The notes beneath the pieces were generated by a model. That model saw nothing but the letters and a program-made list of their open reading frames with translations, did not search any database and was not told the DNA's origin. Made by a program: the position numbers and the translations under genes. This document shows positions 46,859 to 55,647 of a stretch of DNA of 59,364 bases, piece after piece; position 1 is the first letter of the stretch, and each line of letters starts with the position of its first letter. The stretch is from Litorivivens sp. (GTDB lineage Bacteria; Pseudomonadota; Gammaproteobacteria; Pseudomonadales; Spongiibacteraceae). The DNA is taken from the NCBI GenBank assembly GCA_041619575.1, contig JBFKDP010000001.1, positions 1 through 59,364 of the forward strand, in the 5' to 3' direction.

Positions 46859-47734
46859 TTACATTTGCGGCACGGACGCCAGATCAATAGGCAGTTCAAA
46901 TCGCTCGTAACGGTCAGCCCGATCGCGCAGGGTGGCGACGCTCTCCTCGCTGTTGAGCATGATAATCACACGTTGCTCTTTCACACCCTGCAGGGTAAAG
47001 CGCGCCAGCTCATCGAGATCCTGAAAGTTCAGCTCCATACCCGCCGCATTAGCCGCTTCCTTGAACTCTTCTACAGACGGAACATGAATGGGCTCTCGCT
47101 CAACCTTCAGGTCTTTGGGTCGATTGCGCTCGGTAGTCCAGATGCCGGTCGCCAGCACGCCACCGGACGGATAGAAGATAGAGGCGCGCAGCTTGGTACT
47201 CTCCGTCACCAACTGGGCAGCAAGACATTCGGTAATACAGGAAACAGCCGCTTTGCTGGAAGCGTAGACCGACTGGTAAGGCAGCGGTGAAATACCGCCG
47301 TCACCGGATGAGGTATTGATGACATGGCCTTCCTTGCCGGATGCAATCATACGCGGCACAAAAGATTGAATACCGTGCACCACGCCCATCACATTCACGC
47401 CATGCACCCACTTCCAGTCGTTGGGTTTGGTTTCCCAGATATTCAGCGAAGGCGCAGCCACCCCTGCATTGTTAAACAGCAGGTTACACTCACCATACTG
47501 GACAAAAACCTGCTCGGCCAACGCTTCTACAGACTCGGGACTGGATACATCGGTCACGACACCGCTGACTTCACCGCGCCCCTTGAGCTCGGCCATCACA
47601 CCATCCAGCGCCGACTGTTCCACATCGCCGATAACCACTCTGGCCCCTTCGTCGAGCAGAGCTGTTACCAAGGCCTTGCCAATGCCACTGGCGCCACCGG
47701 TGACGACCGCGACTTTTCCATTGAAATCCTGCAT
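46859..47734 (-). CDS. SDR oxidoreductase
   Basis: TGGASGIG, NNAG, YASSK. Confidence 0.9.
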   Translation of the reverse strand: MQDFNGKVAVVTGGASGIGKALVTALLDEGARVVIGDVEQSALDGVMAELKGRGEVSGVVTDVSSPESVEALAEQVFVQYGECNLLFNNAGVAAPSLNIWETKPNDWKWVHGVNVMGVVHGIQSFVPRMIASGKEGHVINTSSGDGGISPLPYQSVYASSKAAVSCITECLAAQLVTESTKLRASIFYPSGGVLATGIWTTERNRPKDLKVEREPIHVPSVEEFKEAANAAGMELNFQDLDELARFTLQGVKEQRVIIMLNSEESVATLRDRADRYERFELPIDLASVPQM

Positions 47735-47849
47735 ACGCTACCTCTTATTATTGATCCAGCGGGTGACGGCTCTGGCCGCCATCAAAACCTGATCATAGAA
47801 GTTTGCGCAAAGCCGGGAGATTACAACTCGGTCAGTCTTGCAGGCCGGA

Positions 47850-48557
47850 CTACCAGGGATAGACCGCCCGATCGCGGAACAGCCCGCCATTCGGGCCCTT
47901 GTCCGGCAGTGTGGCCAGCCAGACGATGGTATCGGCACCCTCGTCAGTCGTTCGCGGCGCATCGGGACCACCCAGCTCCGTTTTCACCCAACCTGGGCAG
48001 GCCGCATTGACCAGAACCTTCGGATAGTCCTTTTCCAGCTCTCGGGCCAACAACACTGTCATGGCGTTGAGTGCGGCTTTCGAGCTGCGGTAGGCCACGG
48101 TAGAGCCCATCGCCATCTCACTCATGGAAGCCAGCTCTGTCGACACGTTAACAACCCGCCCAGCACCCCGCTGTTTCATCAAGGGCACCAGCAACTGGCA
48201 GCAATTGAGCACCCCTACGAGATTGGTTTCCAGCGTTTCCCGCAGGCACTCTGGCGATAGCTCAAAAAAGGACTGCCAGTGATCCAACGCGACACCGGCA
48301 TTGTTCACCAGAATATCCAGCCCGCCAAAGCGCTGCTCAATTTCAGAAGCCAAAGTCCGCAGCGAGTCGCGTTCGTTCACCACCATCAGTACCGGCTCAA
48401 TGGGCAGTCCCCGCTCCATTAGGCGCTTTAGCGCAATGGCAGCTTCCGGTTGGCGACAACCGGCCAATACTCTAATGCCCTGCTCTGCCAACTGGCGGGT
48501 AACGGCTAAACCAATCCCCCGATTGGCACCGGTCACTACTGCAATTTTTTCTGCCAT
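47850..48557 (-). CDS. SDR (carbonyl reductase-like)
   Basis: TGANRGIG, NNAG, YRSSK, CPGWVKT. Confidence 0.9.
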   Translation of the reverse strand: MAEKIAVVTGANRGIGLAVTRQLAEQGIRVLAGCRQPEAAIALKRLMERGLPIEPVLMVVNERDSLRTLASEIEQRFGGLDILVNNAGVALDHWQSFFELSPECLRETLETNLVGVLNCCQLLVPLMKQRGAGRVVNVSTELASMSEMAMGSTVAYRSSKAALNAMTVLLARELEKDYPKVLVNAACPGWVKTELGGPDAPRTTDEGADTIVWLATLPDKGPNGGLFRDRAVYPW

Positions 48558-48644
48558 TTCACACCCTGCTGCTTAAGCTTGAGTCATTGGAATACAGACT
48601 AATGCGCCGTGTACCGAAGAACACGCTTGCCACATTAATTCTAT

Positions 48645-48665
48645 TGTTATATCTTTATTACATTA
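48645..48665. promoter_or_regulatory. Putative operator TGTTATATCTTTATTACATTA
   Basis: 14 nt identical to 5954-5967. Confidence 0.6.
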
Positions 48666-48714
48666 GCATAAACCCGCTGCCTGACCAAGAGACAGCCAAC
48701 ACAACGGATCTGCC

Positions 48715-49473
48715 ATGACCGACTACTACGGGTACCGAAAAAAGTTTGCCGTGCTGGTGCCCTCCACCAACACGGCCGTTGAAACCGAGTATCACAAAAT
48801 GTGCCCGGAAGGTGTGGTACTCGCCACCCGCGGCTGCGTGATTCCACCGTTTAGCGTGAAGACTGAAGACGACTTTGTGAATATGGTGAAGGCCATCGGT
48901 GCCGCCACCGAACAGGGTCTGCGCGATGCGCTGACCTGCCAACCCGACCACGTGATCTTTGGCTACTCGGCCGAAACGTTCTGGGACGGCAAGGACCGCT
49001 CAGACAGGGAATTCAAGCGCTACAACGATATCGCCCAGGAAGTGGGCGGCTGCAACGTCACCTTCGGCGCTCAGGCCATCCTTGACTCGCTGGCCTGTTA
49101 CCCGTGGGTAAAACGCATCGGCGTTATCAGTCCCTATATGCCGGTGGGTGACAATCAGGTAGTCAAGTTCCTCGGTGATATCGGTTATGAAGTCGTGCGC
49201 ATCAAAGGTCACTGCTCAGACAGTCCGGTGAACATCGCCCACGAAGAGTTTGCCAAAACCCGAGAGCTAGTGCGCGAAGTGGACGGCGACGATGTAGACC
49301 TGATTCTGCAAGCCGGCACCAATCTCTACTTTGTCGAGTTGGCCGCGCAGCTGGAACAGGAGCTCGGCAAACCGGTGCTGGCCATCAACGCGCTGACCTT
49401 CTGGCACGCCCTGCGCAACAATGGCATACCTGATCGGATTCGCGGCTTTGGCTCACTGTTAGCTGAGCACTAA
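48715..49473 (+). CDS. Asp/Glu racemase-maleate isomerase superfamily protein, copy 2
   Basis: VPSTNTAVE, SAETFW, SPY, DGDDVDLILQAGTNL, WHALR. Confidence 0.85.
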   Translation: MTDYYGYRKKFAVLVPSTNTAVETEYHKMCPEGVVLATRGCVIPPFSVKTEDDFVNMVKAIGAATEQGLRDALTCQPDHVIFGYSAETFWDGKDRSDREFKRYNDIAQEVGGCNVTFGAQAILDSLACYPWVKRIGVISPYMPVGDNQVVKFLGDIGYEVVRIKGHCSDSPVNIAHEEFAKTRELVREVDGDDVDLILQAGTNLYFVELAAQLEQELGKPVLAINALTFWHALRNNGIPDRIRGFGSLLAEH

Positions 49474-49506
49474 ACCTCTTAGGGCGCCAGTTCAGGCTGG
49501 AGTTCT

Positions 49507-49774
49507 AGGGCCTGTTCATACTAATTTGATAGCTGTCGCTGGAGGTCATTTTTCCGACCAGCGAGGCGGAAGGAGAGAATAAGAGTGGACCTCTGTGAGC
49601 GACTGACAACGAAGCTGGGCGGGAAAATGGCCCCAGCCCTTCGGGTTGCGACTAAAAAGGTGCCACTCGGCGTTGGGCTTCCCTACTTTGGAACCACCAA
49701 ACCACGCTCAGCCCGCCTTGATTGGCGCCTTCTTAGTCGCAACGCCAGCTATCAAATTAGTATGAACAGGCCCT
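49507..49774. mobile_element. MITE-like non-autonomous element, 268 bp
   Basis: Perfect 29-bp terminal inverted repeats AGGGCCTGTTCATACTAATTTGATAGCTG; no transposase. Confidence 0.8.
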
Positions 49775-49828
49775 GGGTTAGCTCCTCCCCCAACTGAACT
49801 GGCGCCCGCCCTATTTCCGGAGCAGAAA

Positions 49829-51010
49829 ATGCCCGTATTGTTCGCCACCGTCCTGATCGACCTGATTGGTTTCGGCATTATTATTCCCATTCTGCCCTTC
49901 CTCGCACCTCAGGTAGGCGGCGATGCCATGGATATCGCCTTGCTGCTTGCGATCTATTCCGTATTCGGCGGGCTGTGCGGGCCCTATTGGGGAAAACTCA
50001 GCGACAAAATTGGTCGCAAACCGGTGCTGCTTATCTGCCTCGGCGGCGCAGGGCTGTCTTACATTATGCTGGCCTTTTCCACCACACTGTGGGCATTGTT
50101 TGCCTCGCGCATCTTTGCGGGTGCGATGGCGGGCAATTTCGGCGTTGCCTCGGCCATGGTGGCCGATATGAGCAAACCCGAAGAGCGCGCCAAATTTATG
50201 GGCATGATTGGCGCAGCCTTCGGGCTTGGCATGGTCATTGGTCCCTTTCTGGGCGGTATGCTCGCCGGCCCCAACGGGGAATTCATGCTGCCCGGCCTCG
50301 TCGCTGCCGGACTCTCGTTTGCAGCGCTTATTGCCGGCGCACTCTTTCTGCCCGAATCCCTGACCAAAAGCCAACGCGCAGATCAGGCTGAACAGATGGC
50401 GGCCAGTGCCAAGCACTCCACACTGCGCATGCTCAAGGAAAGTAGCAATACCCTGCTGGCGCTTCAGTACTTTTTTAACAACAGCTGCCACACCACCATC
50501 AGCTACCTTTTTCCCCTATGGGTCGGGCATATGCTGGGCTGGGGAGCAAAGGAAGTGGGTATGGTTTTTGGGGCCCAGGGTTTAGCAATGGCGATACTCC
50601 AGGCCGGACTGATCGGGCGTCTGGTGAAATGGCTGGGCGAACTGAAGTTACTTCTGATTGGCACCTGCATGATGGCCACCGGGTATATCGTTGCCGCCAC
50701 CGCAACCAGTTCAGAGATTATTATTTTAGCGTTTTTCATGATCGTCAGCGGTGGCACCGTGTGTACGCCGGTACTCAACACACTGGTAGCACACCGCACG
50801 CCTGTACACCTGCGCGGCAGAATGCTCGGCACCACCGCCGCCAGCGCTGCCTGGGGCCGGGTTTTCGGCCCACTGGCGGCGGGGTTTGCTCTGAGCCAGC
50901 TGGGCTATCACCTGTCCTGGTTGCTGGGCACAGTCATGGCGCTGTTTATGATTGGCTGGGTTTTGCGGGAACTGACGACATACCGCCAAACACAAGCCGA
51001 CAGCGTTTAG
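49829..51010 (+). CDS. TetA/DHA1-type MFS efflux transporter
   Basis: DLIGFGIIIPILP, GKLSDKIGRKP, GMVIGPFLGG. Confidence 0.9.
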   Translation: MPVLFATVLIDLIGFGIIIPILPFLAPQVGGDAMDIALLLAIYSVFGGLCGPYWGKLSDKIGRKPVLLICLGGAGLSYIMLAFSTTLWALFASRIFAGAMAGNFGVASAMVADMSKPEERAKFMGMIGAAFGLGMVIGPFLGGMLAGPNGEFMLPGLVAAGLSFAALIAGALFLPESLTKSQRADQAEQMAASAKHSTLRMLKESSNTLLALQYFFNNSCHTTISYLFPLWVGHMLGWGAKEVGMVFGAQGLAMAILQAGLIGRLVKWLGELKLLLIGTCMMATGYIVAATATSSEIIILAFFMIVSGGTVCTPVLNTLVAHRTPVHLRGRMLGTTAASAAWGRVFGPLAAGFALSQLGYHLSWLLGTVMALFMIGWVLRELTTYRQTQADSV

Positions 51011-52044
51011 CGGCGCAAGAGCCTCGCAAAGCCCTTTGTCACCGACTGCAAATCATCGCTCTGAAGATAGGCTTCAGCCGCGCCGTCAGCGCGCAAATAG
51101 GTATTCAGAAATGCCACACTTGCGCTGTTTACGAAAGCCAGTGCGTCGTGCTGTGGCTCTGCATCGCGCTCCGGCCGGCAAATCAGATTGCCAAGATAGT
51201 GGTCCGCTCCTTCCACAACCAGTGCGAACTGCTCACCTTCCGGCGCCGTCTCATGCGACATCAAATGCATTTTCCAGTCCGGCCAGAACTGGGCATTACT
51301 ATCCCAGGTCCCTGTGGTTACCAGAACGGGGCCGCGCATTTGCAGCCAGCTCTTATCGTGAATGACATCAAACATCGGGCCAGGCGGCGAAATAGCAATG
51401 ACGCCGACGACGCGGGGATCCACAAGCACTGCAGCCGGACTGCGGTCTGACGCGTTAATATCCCAGGCCTGAGCGCCAGCGAATTGCTGGGCGGTAAAAG
51501 CGCCAAAGGAATGACCGGCAATCACCAGCTGTTGTTTTCGAAACCGAACTGGCGCACCAACGGCCTGCCCAACTTGACGCTCTATTTCCGGGAGCCTATC
51601 CATAACGTAGTGAACATCATCGACACGGGCGGATATCAGGCCCAGCTGTCCGTAACGCAGACTGTTGAAAATGCCCCGGGCCATGCTGCGCCCATCGAGG
51701 TGCGTTGGCGCGATTACGGCATAACCGTAACTGGCCCAGTGGCGCAGCAGGTTGTCATACTTGTTGCGATCGGACCAGTTGCCATGCGAGAAAATCACGA
51801 CGGGCACATCGCCGTCAGCGCTTGCCGGATACCAAACTCTTAACACTAATTCCCGGTTATCCAGCTCAGGCGCATGTAATACCAGATCATCAATCACTTG
51901 CGGTGAGTAGGAGCCCACCTCATAGCCTGGCAATGTTGCTAATTGATGCTCCGCTGCCATCAAGGGTTGCGCTGCCGGCAAGGGTGGCGCGTCGCCACTG
52001 CACCCGAATAGAAAGACTACGACGATCCAAAATATTCTGGTCAT
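51007..52044 (-). CDS. Lipoprotein alpha/beta hydrolase (chlorophyllase/PAF-AH-like)
   Basis: Lipobox LFGC; PVVIFSHG, GHSFGA, D and H (GADH). Confidence 0.75.
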   Translation of the reverse strand: MTRIFWIVVVFLFGCSGDAPPLPAAQPLMAAEHQLATLPGYEVGSYSPQVIDDLVLHAPELDNRELVLRVWYPASADGDVPVVIFSHGNWSDRNKYDNLLRHWASYGYAVIAPTHLDGRSMARGIFNSLRYGQLGLISARVDDVHYVMDRLPEIERQVGQAVGAPVRFRKQQLVIAGHSFGAFTAQQFAGAQAWDINASDRSPAAVLVDPRVVGVIAISPPGPMFDVIHDKSWLQMRGPVLVTTGTWDSNAQFWPDWKMHLMSHETAPEGEQFALVVEGADHYLGNLICRPERDAEPQHDALAFVNSASVAFLNTYLRADGAAEAYLQSDDLQSVTKGFARLLRR

Positions 52045-53021
52045 CGCGGGTACTCGGTGAACAGAAACTCGCGGGTAGCCATCGCACTAACTTCCGGTTT
52101 TTCGACCGGCAGTAAATGACCCGCCTCAGGGATTAGCCGACTCCTTACCGTCAAGGATGCCGACAGCGCTTTTTCGAAGCGCGTAAGGTGTGATGTCGGC
52201 AGTTGCGGATTTTGTGCACCCCACAGAATCAATGTGGGCGCTGTAATGGACGCCAATACCGGAGCAGGTTCACCCACATCGAAAGTGCGCATCCGCTCCA
52301 GCTCCGCCTGGCGATTGCCGGAGTGGCGAAACATGGCGTGAAACTCGTCAACCAACGCGTCACTGACAATGGACGCATCAAATACCATCCACTCGATAAA
52401 GGCGCGATACGCCGCTTGCGGCACAAAATAAAATACCCGGTAGAACCAGTCTGGTATCCCCTCGGCGTTGCGCTTGCTGCTCTGTTCCCGTTTTAAGCCG
52501 CCAGAATTTATCAGAACCAGTTTCTCGACCTTCTCAGAGTGCTTTGCGGCGTAATGAAAGGCAATATTGCCCCCAAGCGACGACCCGACCAGCGACACGC
52601 GGTTAATACCCAGCGCATCAATCAGCCCGTCCAGCATTCGCAGGTCTCGCTCCATACTGTAATCGTTACTCGTATCCGGCCCTGTCAGCCCGTGACTGGT
52701 CAAATCAAAGCGAACGATCGAGAAGGCGTCTTCCAGATAGGGCAACCAGCCATCCCACATGCGGGAATTAAAGTAGTGAGAATGAATCAGTAACAACGCC
52801 GGCGCTTCGCCCAAAGGCCGGCCATCGCGTCGGTAAGCGACGCGGTTACCCTCTATCTGGGCAAAGTGCAGATTTTCGCCGCCGTAGCGAGAAATTAATG
52901 TATCAGTGGGTATATCGCGGTAGGCAGCGGCCGCGTACAGCCCATACACAACCACCAGAGCAACCAGCGCAAACACGGTACGCCCCAGCCATCGGACTGC
53001 GCTGCGCAGAATTGCCATCAA
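52041..53021 (-). CDS. Membrane-anchored alpha/beta hydrolase
   Basis: N-terminal TM segment; GSSLGG; GHL. Confidence 0.85.
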   Translation of the reverse strand: MMAILRSAVRWLGRTVFALVALVVVYGLYAAAAYRDIPTDTLISRYGGENLHFAQIEGNRVAYRRDGRPLGEAPALLLIHSHYFNSRMWDGWLPYLEDAFSIVRFDLTSHGLTGPDTSNDYSMERDLRMLDGLIDALGINRVSLVGSSLGGNIAFHYAAKHSEKVEKLVLINSGGLKREQSSKRNAEGIPDWFYRVFYFVPQAAYRAFIEWMVFDASIVSDALVDEFHAMFRHSGNRQAELERMRTFDVGEPAPVLASITAPTLILWGAQNPQLPTSHLTRFEKALSASLTVRSRLIPEAGHLLPVEKPEVSAMATREFLFTEYPR

Positions 53022-53663
53022 CTAAGCTCCCATACTGGCCGCCAGCCCGGCAGCCATTTCCTCCAGAACAGGAGCGACATGTTGCTGCGCACCTGACGCT
53101 TGCCACCAGGCTTTCAGCTGCGGCGTCTCGGCAAAAATAGCGGTCTCGCCGAAAATAGCGGGCACTTTTTCAACATAAAAAAGAACCGGAGCCAAAAGGC
53201 AGTCGAGAAAACCGAATCGATCCAGCTCAGGCGCGTTGCTCTGCTGCAGGAATTTTTCAAGTATCGCCAGCTTGTCTTTCAGCGCGCTTATATTGCGGGC
53301 GATAGCGTCCTTGTCGCCCGTTTTCAGGCGCAATTCCATAAAGAGCGGAAACAGGGCCTGTGCCAGCTCGAGGTCCGTAAAACGCGACACGCCGCGCAAC
53401 CAGGCACGCTGCTCAGCCTTCTCAGGTAGCAGAGCCGCTTCTGGAAAACGCTCTTCCAGATACTCCATGATCGAAACCGATTCCACCAGATAGTGACCGT
53501 CGACGTGCAGAGTCGGCACTTTGCCTGTCGGTGTCAGGGCTTTGAAGGTGTCGGAGCCGAGCCCTCCTTCCGGGGCTTCCACGCTAACCGGCAAGGCGCC
53601 GGCGCGTATCTGAATACGTATACGCGATGCATAGGGCGAGTGCGGAACACTGTAAAGTTTCAT
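53022..53663 (-). CDS. Glutathione S-transferase family protein
   Basis: SPYASR, PTGKVPTL, ESVSIMEYLEE. Confidence 0.9.
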   Translation of the reverse strand: MKLYSVPHSPYASRIRIQIRAGALPVSVEAPEGGLGSDTFKALTPTGKVPTLHVDGHYLVESVSIMEYLEERFPEAALLPEKAEQRAWLRGVSRFTDLELAQALFPLFMELRLKTGDKDAIARNISALKDKLAILEKFLQQSNAPELDRFGFLDCLLAPVLFYVEKVPAIFGETAIFAETPQLKAWWQASGAQQHVAPVLEEMAAGLAASMGA

Positions 53664-53669
53664 AAGCAA

Positions 53670-54335
53670 CTATCCGATGAGATGAATGCCAAAAGCAGCG
53701 TTGATAAAAAGACCGAGCCAAATCGCCCAGACCCAGGGTCGGCAACGGGCTACTGACGTTGCCATTGTGTCGTTAACAGCATCACTGGGGCCTTCGCTCA
53801 TCAATTTTACAAAAGCAGGCACAAAGGGCTTCAGATTGATACGGATGGCGATGCCACAGCAGACCAGCGCGGCGAATACGATGATTTTCCAGGCAACCCA
53901 ATCGGCATAGATTGGAGCGTATTCGGCCAGTCCCAGCGCGGCAAACACCAGCAGAGCGACCACCACCGCGATACGAAATCCCAGATCAAACTGGCTAAGG
54001 CGCGCGGTAAAGGCCTTGCCCTCATTAAAATAAAGCACCAGGACATTCCCCAACCAGATTGCCGCCAACAGCCACACCAGAACCAGCGCCCACAGCGGAA
54101 TAGCCACCAGCCCCATAATCACCGCCATGTGCATACCTAGCGGCAGAATAAGCGGCATGCTCATTTTCGGCCCCTGATCACAGGCCAGCATGATTTTCAG
54201 GGCGACTGCGCGAGCTTCAACGCCAATGTCCCGATTTACTACATAGCGACTGGCGACAAAGGTGCCCAAATCGCCGCCCAACCAGTAGACAAAGGCGACA
54301 ATATGGGCAAACTGGAGCCAGAGAAATTCATTCAT
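53670..54335 (-). CDS. Hypothetical membrane protein
   Basis: About 6 TM segments; His in TM1 (AHIVAFVYWLGGD). Confidence 0.7.
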   Translation of the reverse strand: MNEFLWLQFAHIVAFVYWLGGDLGTFVASRYVVNRDIGVEARAVALKIMLACDQGPKMSMPLILPLGMHMAVIMGLVAIPLWALVLVWLLAAIWLGNVLVLYFNEGKAFTARLSQFDLGFRIAVVVALLVFAALGLAEYAPIYADWVAWKIIVFAALVCCGIAIRINLKPFVPAFVKLMSEGPSDAVNDTMATSVARCRPWVWAIWLGLFINAAFGIHLIG

Positions 54336-54391
54336 GCGCAATCCAACCCTGTTAACTGAGCGTGCAAGCGACACTCGACTTCAAATGTACT

Positions 54392-54416
54392 ATTATATTA
54401 TCTTTATATCATTTGA
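54392..54416. promoter_or_regulatory. Putative operator ..TATCTTTATATCATTTGA
   Basis: 18 nt identical to 5959-5976. Confidence 0.65.
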
Positions 54417-54462
54417 ATCACAACTTGATACTCCAGGCCTCGCGACAGCGCGATAACAACCC

Positions 54463-55647
54463 ATGGGAACCTATACACCGATGTCGATTCTCAAACGCTT
54501 CGCGCCACTTCTGATACTGGCCACTGGTCTGGCGCTGGCTATCGCCATCGCGAACGGCAAGCCCAAGCCGCAGCCCGCAACAGTATCCCCCGTACCAACG
54601 CCGCAGGTCGATATTCTCACCCTGCAACCGCAAACCACCGTGCTGAGTGTGCGTGGTGAAGGTACGGTCAAGCCCAAACGGGACATCACCCTGGTTGCCG
54701 AAGTCGGTGGGCGCATTCTGAAGGTTAGCGATGACTTTGCCGACGGCGCAACGGTAAGCGCTGGCGATGTATTGCTGGAGATAGACCCTGCCGACTACCA
54801 AACCGAAGTCATTCGCGCCCAAGCGCGGGTAGCGGAGGCCGAACAGGTACTGGCACTGGAAAAAGGACGGGCTCGCCAGTCCAAGCGAGAATGGCGCGAC
54901 CTCGGCAGTGACGAAGCCAACGACTTGTTCCTGCGAAAGCCCCAGATCAAAGCAGCAAAAGCCGCACTGGCCGCAGCCAGCGCTGAGCTGCGCAAGGCGG
55001 AATTGAATCTGGAACGCACACGGATTCGCGCCCCCTTTGACGGGCGTCTTTACAATCTGCAAGCCAATCTCGGCCAGTTTGTTTCTTCAGGCACGCCCAT
55101 CACCAACCTTTTTGACAGCAGTGTTGCCGAAGTCATTCTGCCACTGAGCGAACGCCAGTTGCGCTTGCTGGATTTACCTCTCGCCGCCAGCGCGCCAGTT
55201 GATGTGACCGTACACGCCAGGCTGGGAAGTGGCACGTTTGAGCGCACTGCTCGCCTGGTGCGCAATGCAGCGCGCCTGGACAGCGATACACGCCAACTTG
55301 CCGCCATCGTCGAGATTAGCCAGCCATTTACCGGCCCACAGCCTCTTTACGCCGGCCAGTTTGTCGATATCCATCTGCCGAGCAAGCCACTGGATAATGT
55401 GGTCGTTCTGCACCAGTCCCTGGTTCACCCCCGCGATACCCTGTGGCTGCTCGACGACAGCAATACACTACAAATTCAGCCCGTCACCGTACTTCAGGCC
55501 TTCGCTGACAAGGTCGCTGTGCAAATGCCCGACAGCCAGCCGATAAACCTGGTGACCTCCTATCTGGCAAACCCGGTTGAAGGGATGGCTTTGACACCGC
55601 ACTTTGAAAATGAGTCGTCAGTGCAAACGGCGAAACAATTGCCATGA
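54463..55647 (+). CDS. RND efflux periplasmic adaptor (MFP)
   Basis: AEVGGRI, LLEIDPADY, coiled coil, IRAPFDG. Confidence 0.92.
   Translation: MGTYTPMSILKRFAPLLILATGLALAIAIANGKPKPQPATVSPVPTPQVDILTLQPQTTVLSVRGEGTVKPKRDITLVAEVGGRILKVSDDFADGATVSAGDVLLEIDPADYQTEVIRAQARVAEAEQVLALEKGRARQSKREWRDLGSDEANDLFLRKPQIKAAKAALAAASAELRKAELNLERTRIRAPFDGRLYNLQANLGQFVSSGTPITNLFDSSVAEVILPLSERQLRLLDLPLAASAPVDVTVHARLGSGTFERTARLVRNAARLDSDTRQLAAIVEISQPFTGPQPLYAGQFVDIHLPSKPLDNVVVLHQSLVHPRDTLWLLDDSNTLQIQPVTVLQAFADKVAVQMPDSQPINLVTSYLANPVEGMALTPHFENESSVQTAKQLP

Noticed and set aside
18174-49807. CRISPR array, tRNA or rRNA
   Set aside because: The repeats are dispersed palindromes, not regularly spaced direct repeats; no RNA gene signatures or cas genes were seen.
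50518-51450. 310-aa plus-strand ORF and other long overlapping ORFs (e.g. 29502-30335, 40802-41803, 43429-44130)
   Set aside because: Shadow frames over well-supported genes, with no recognisable motifs.
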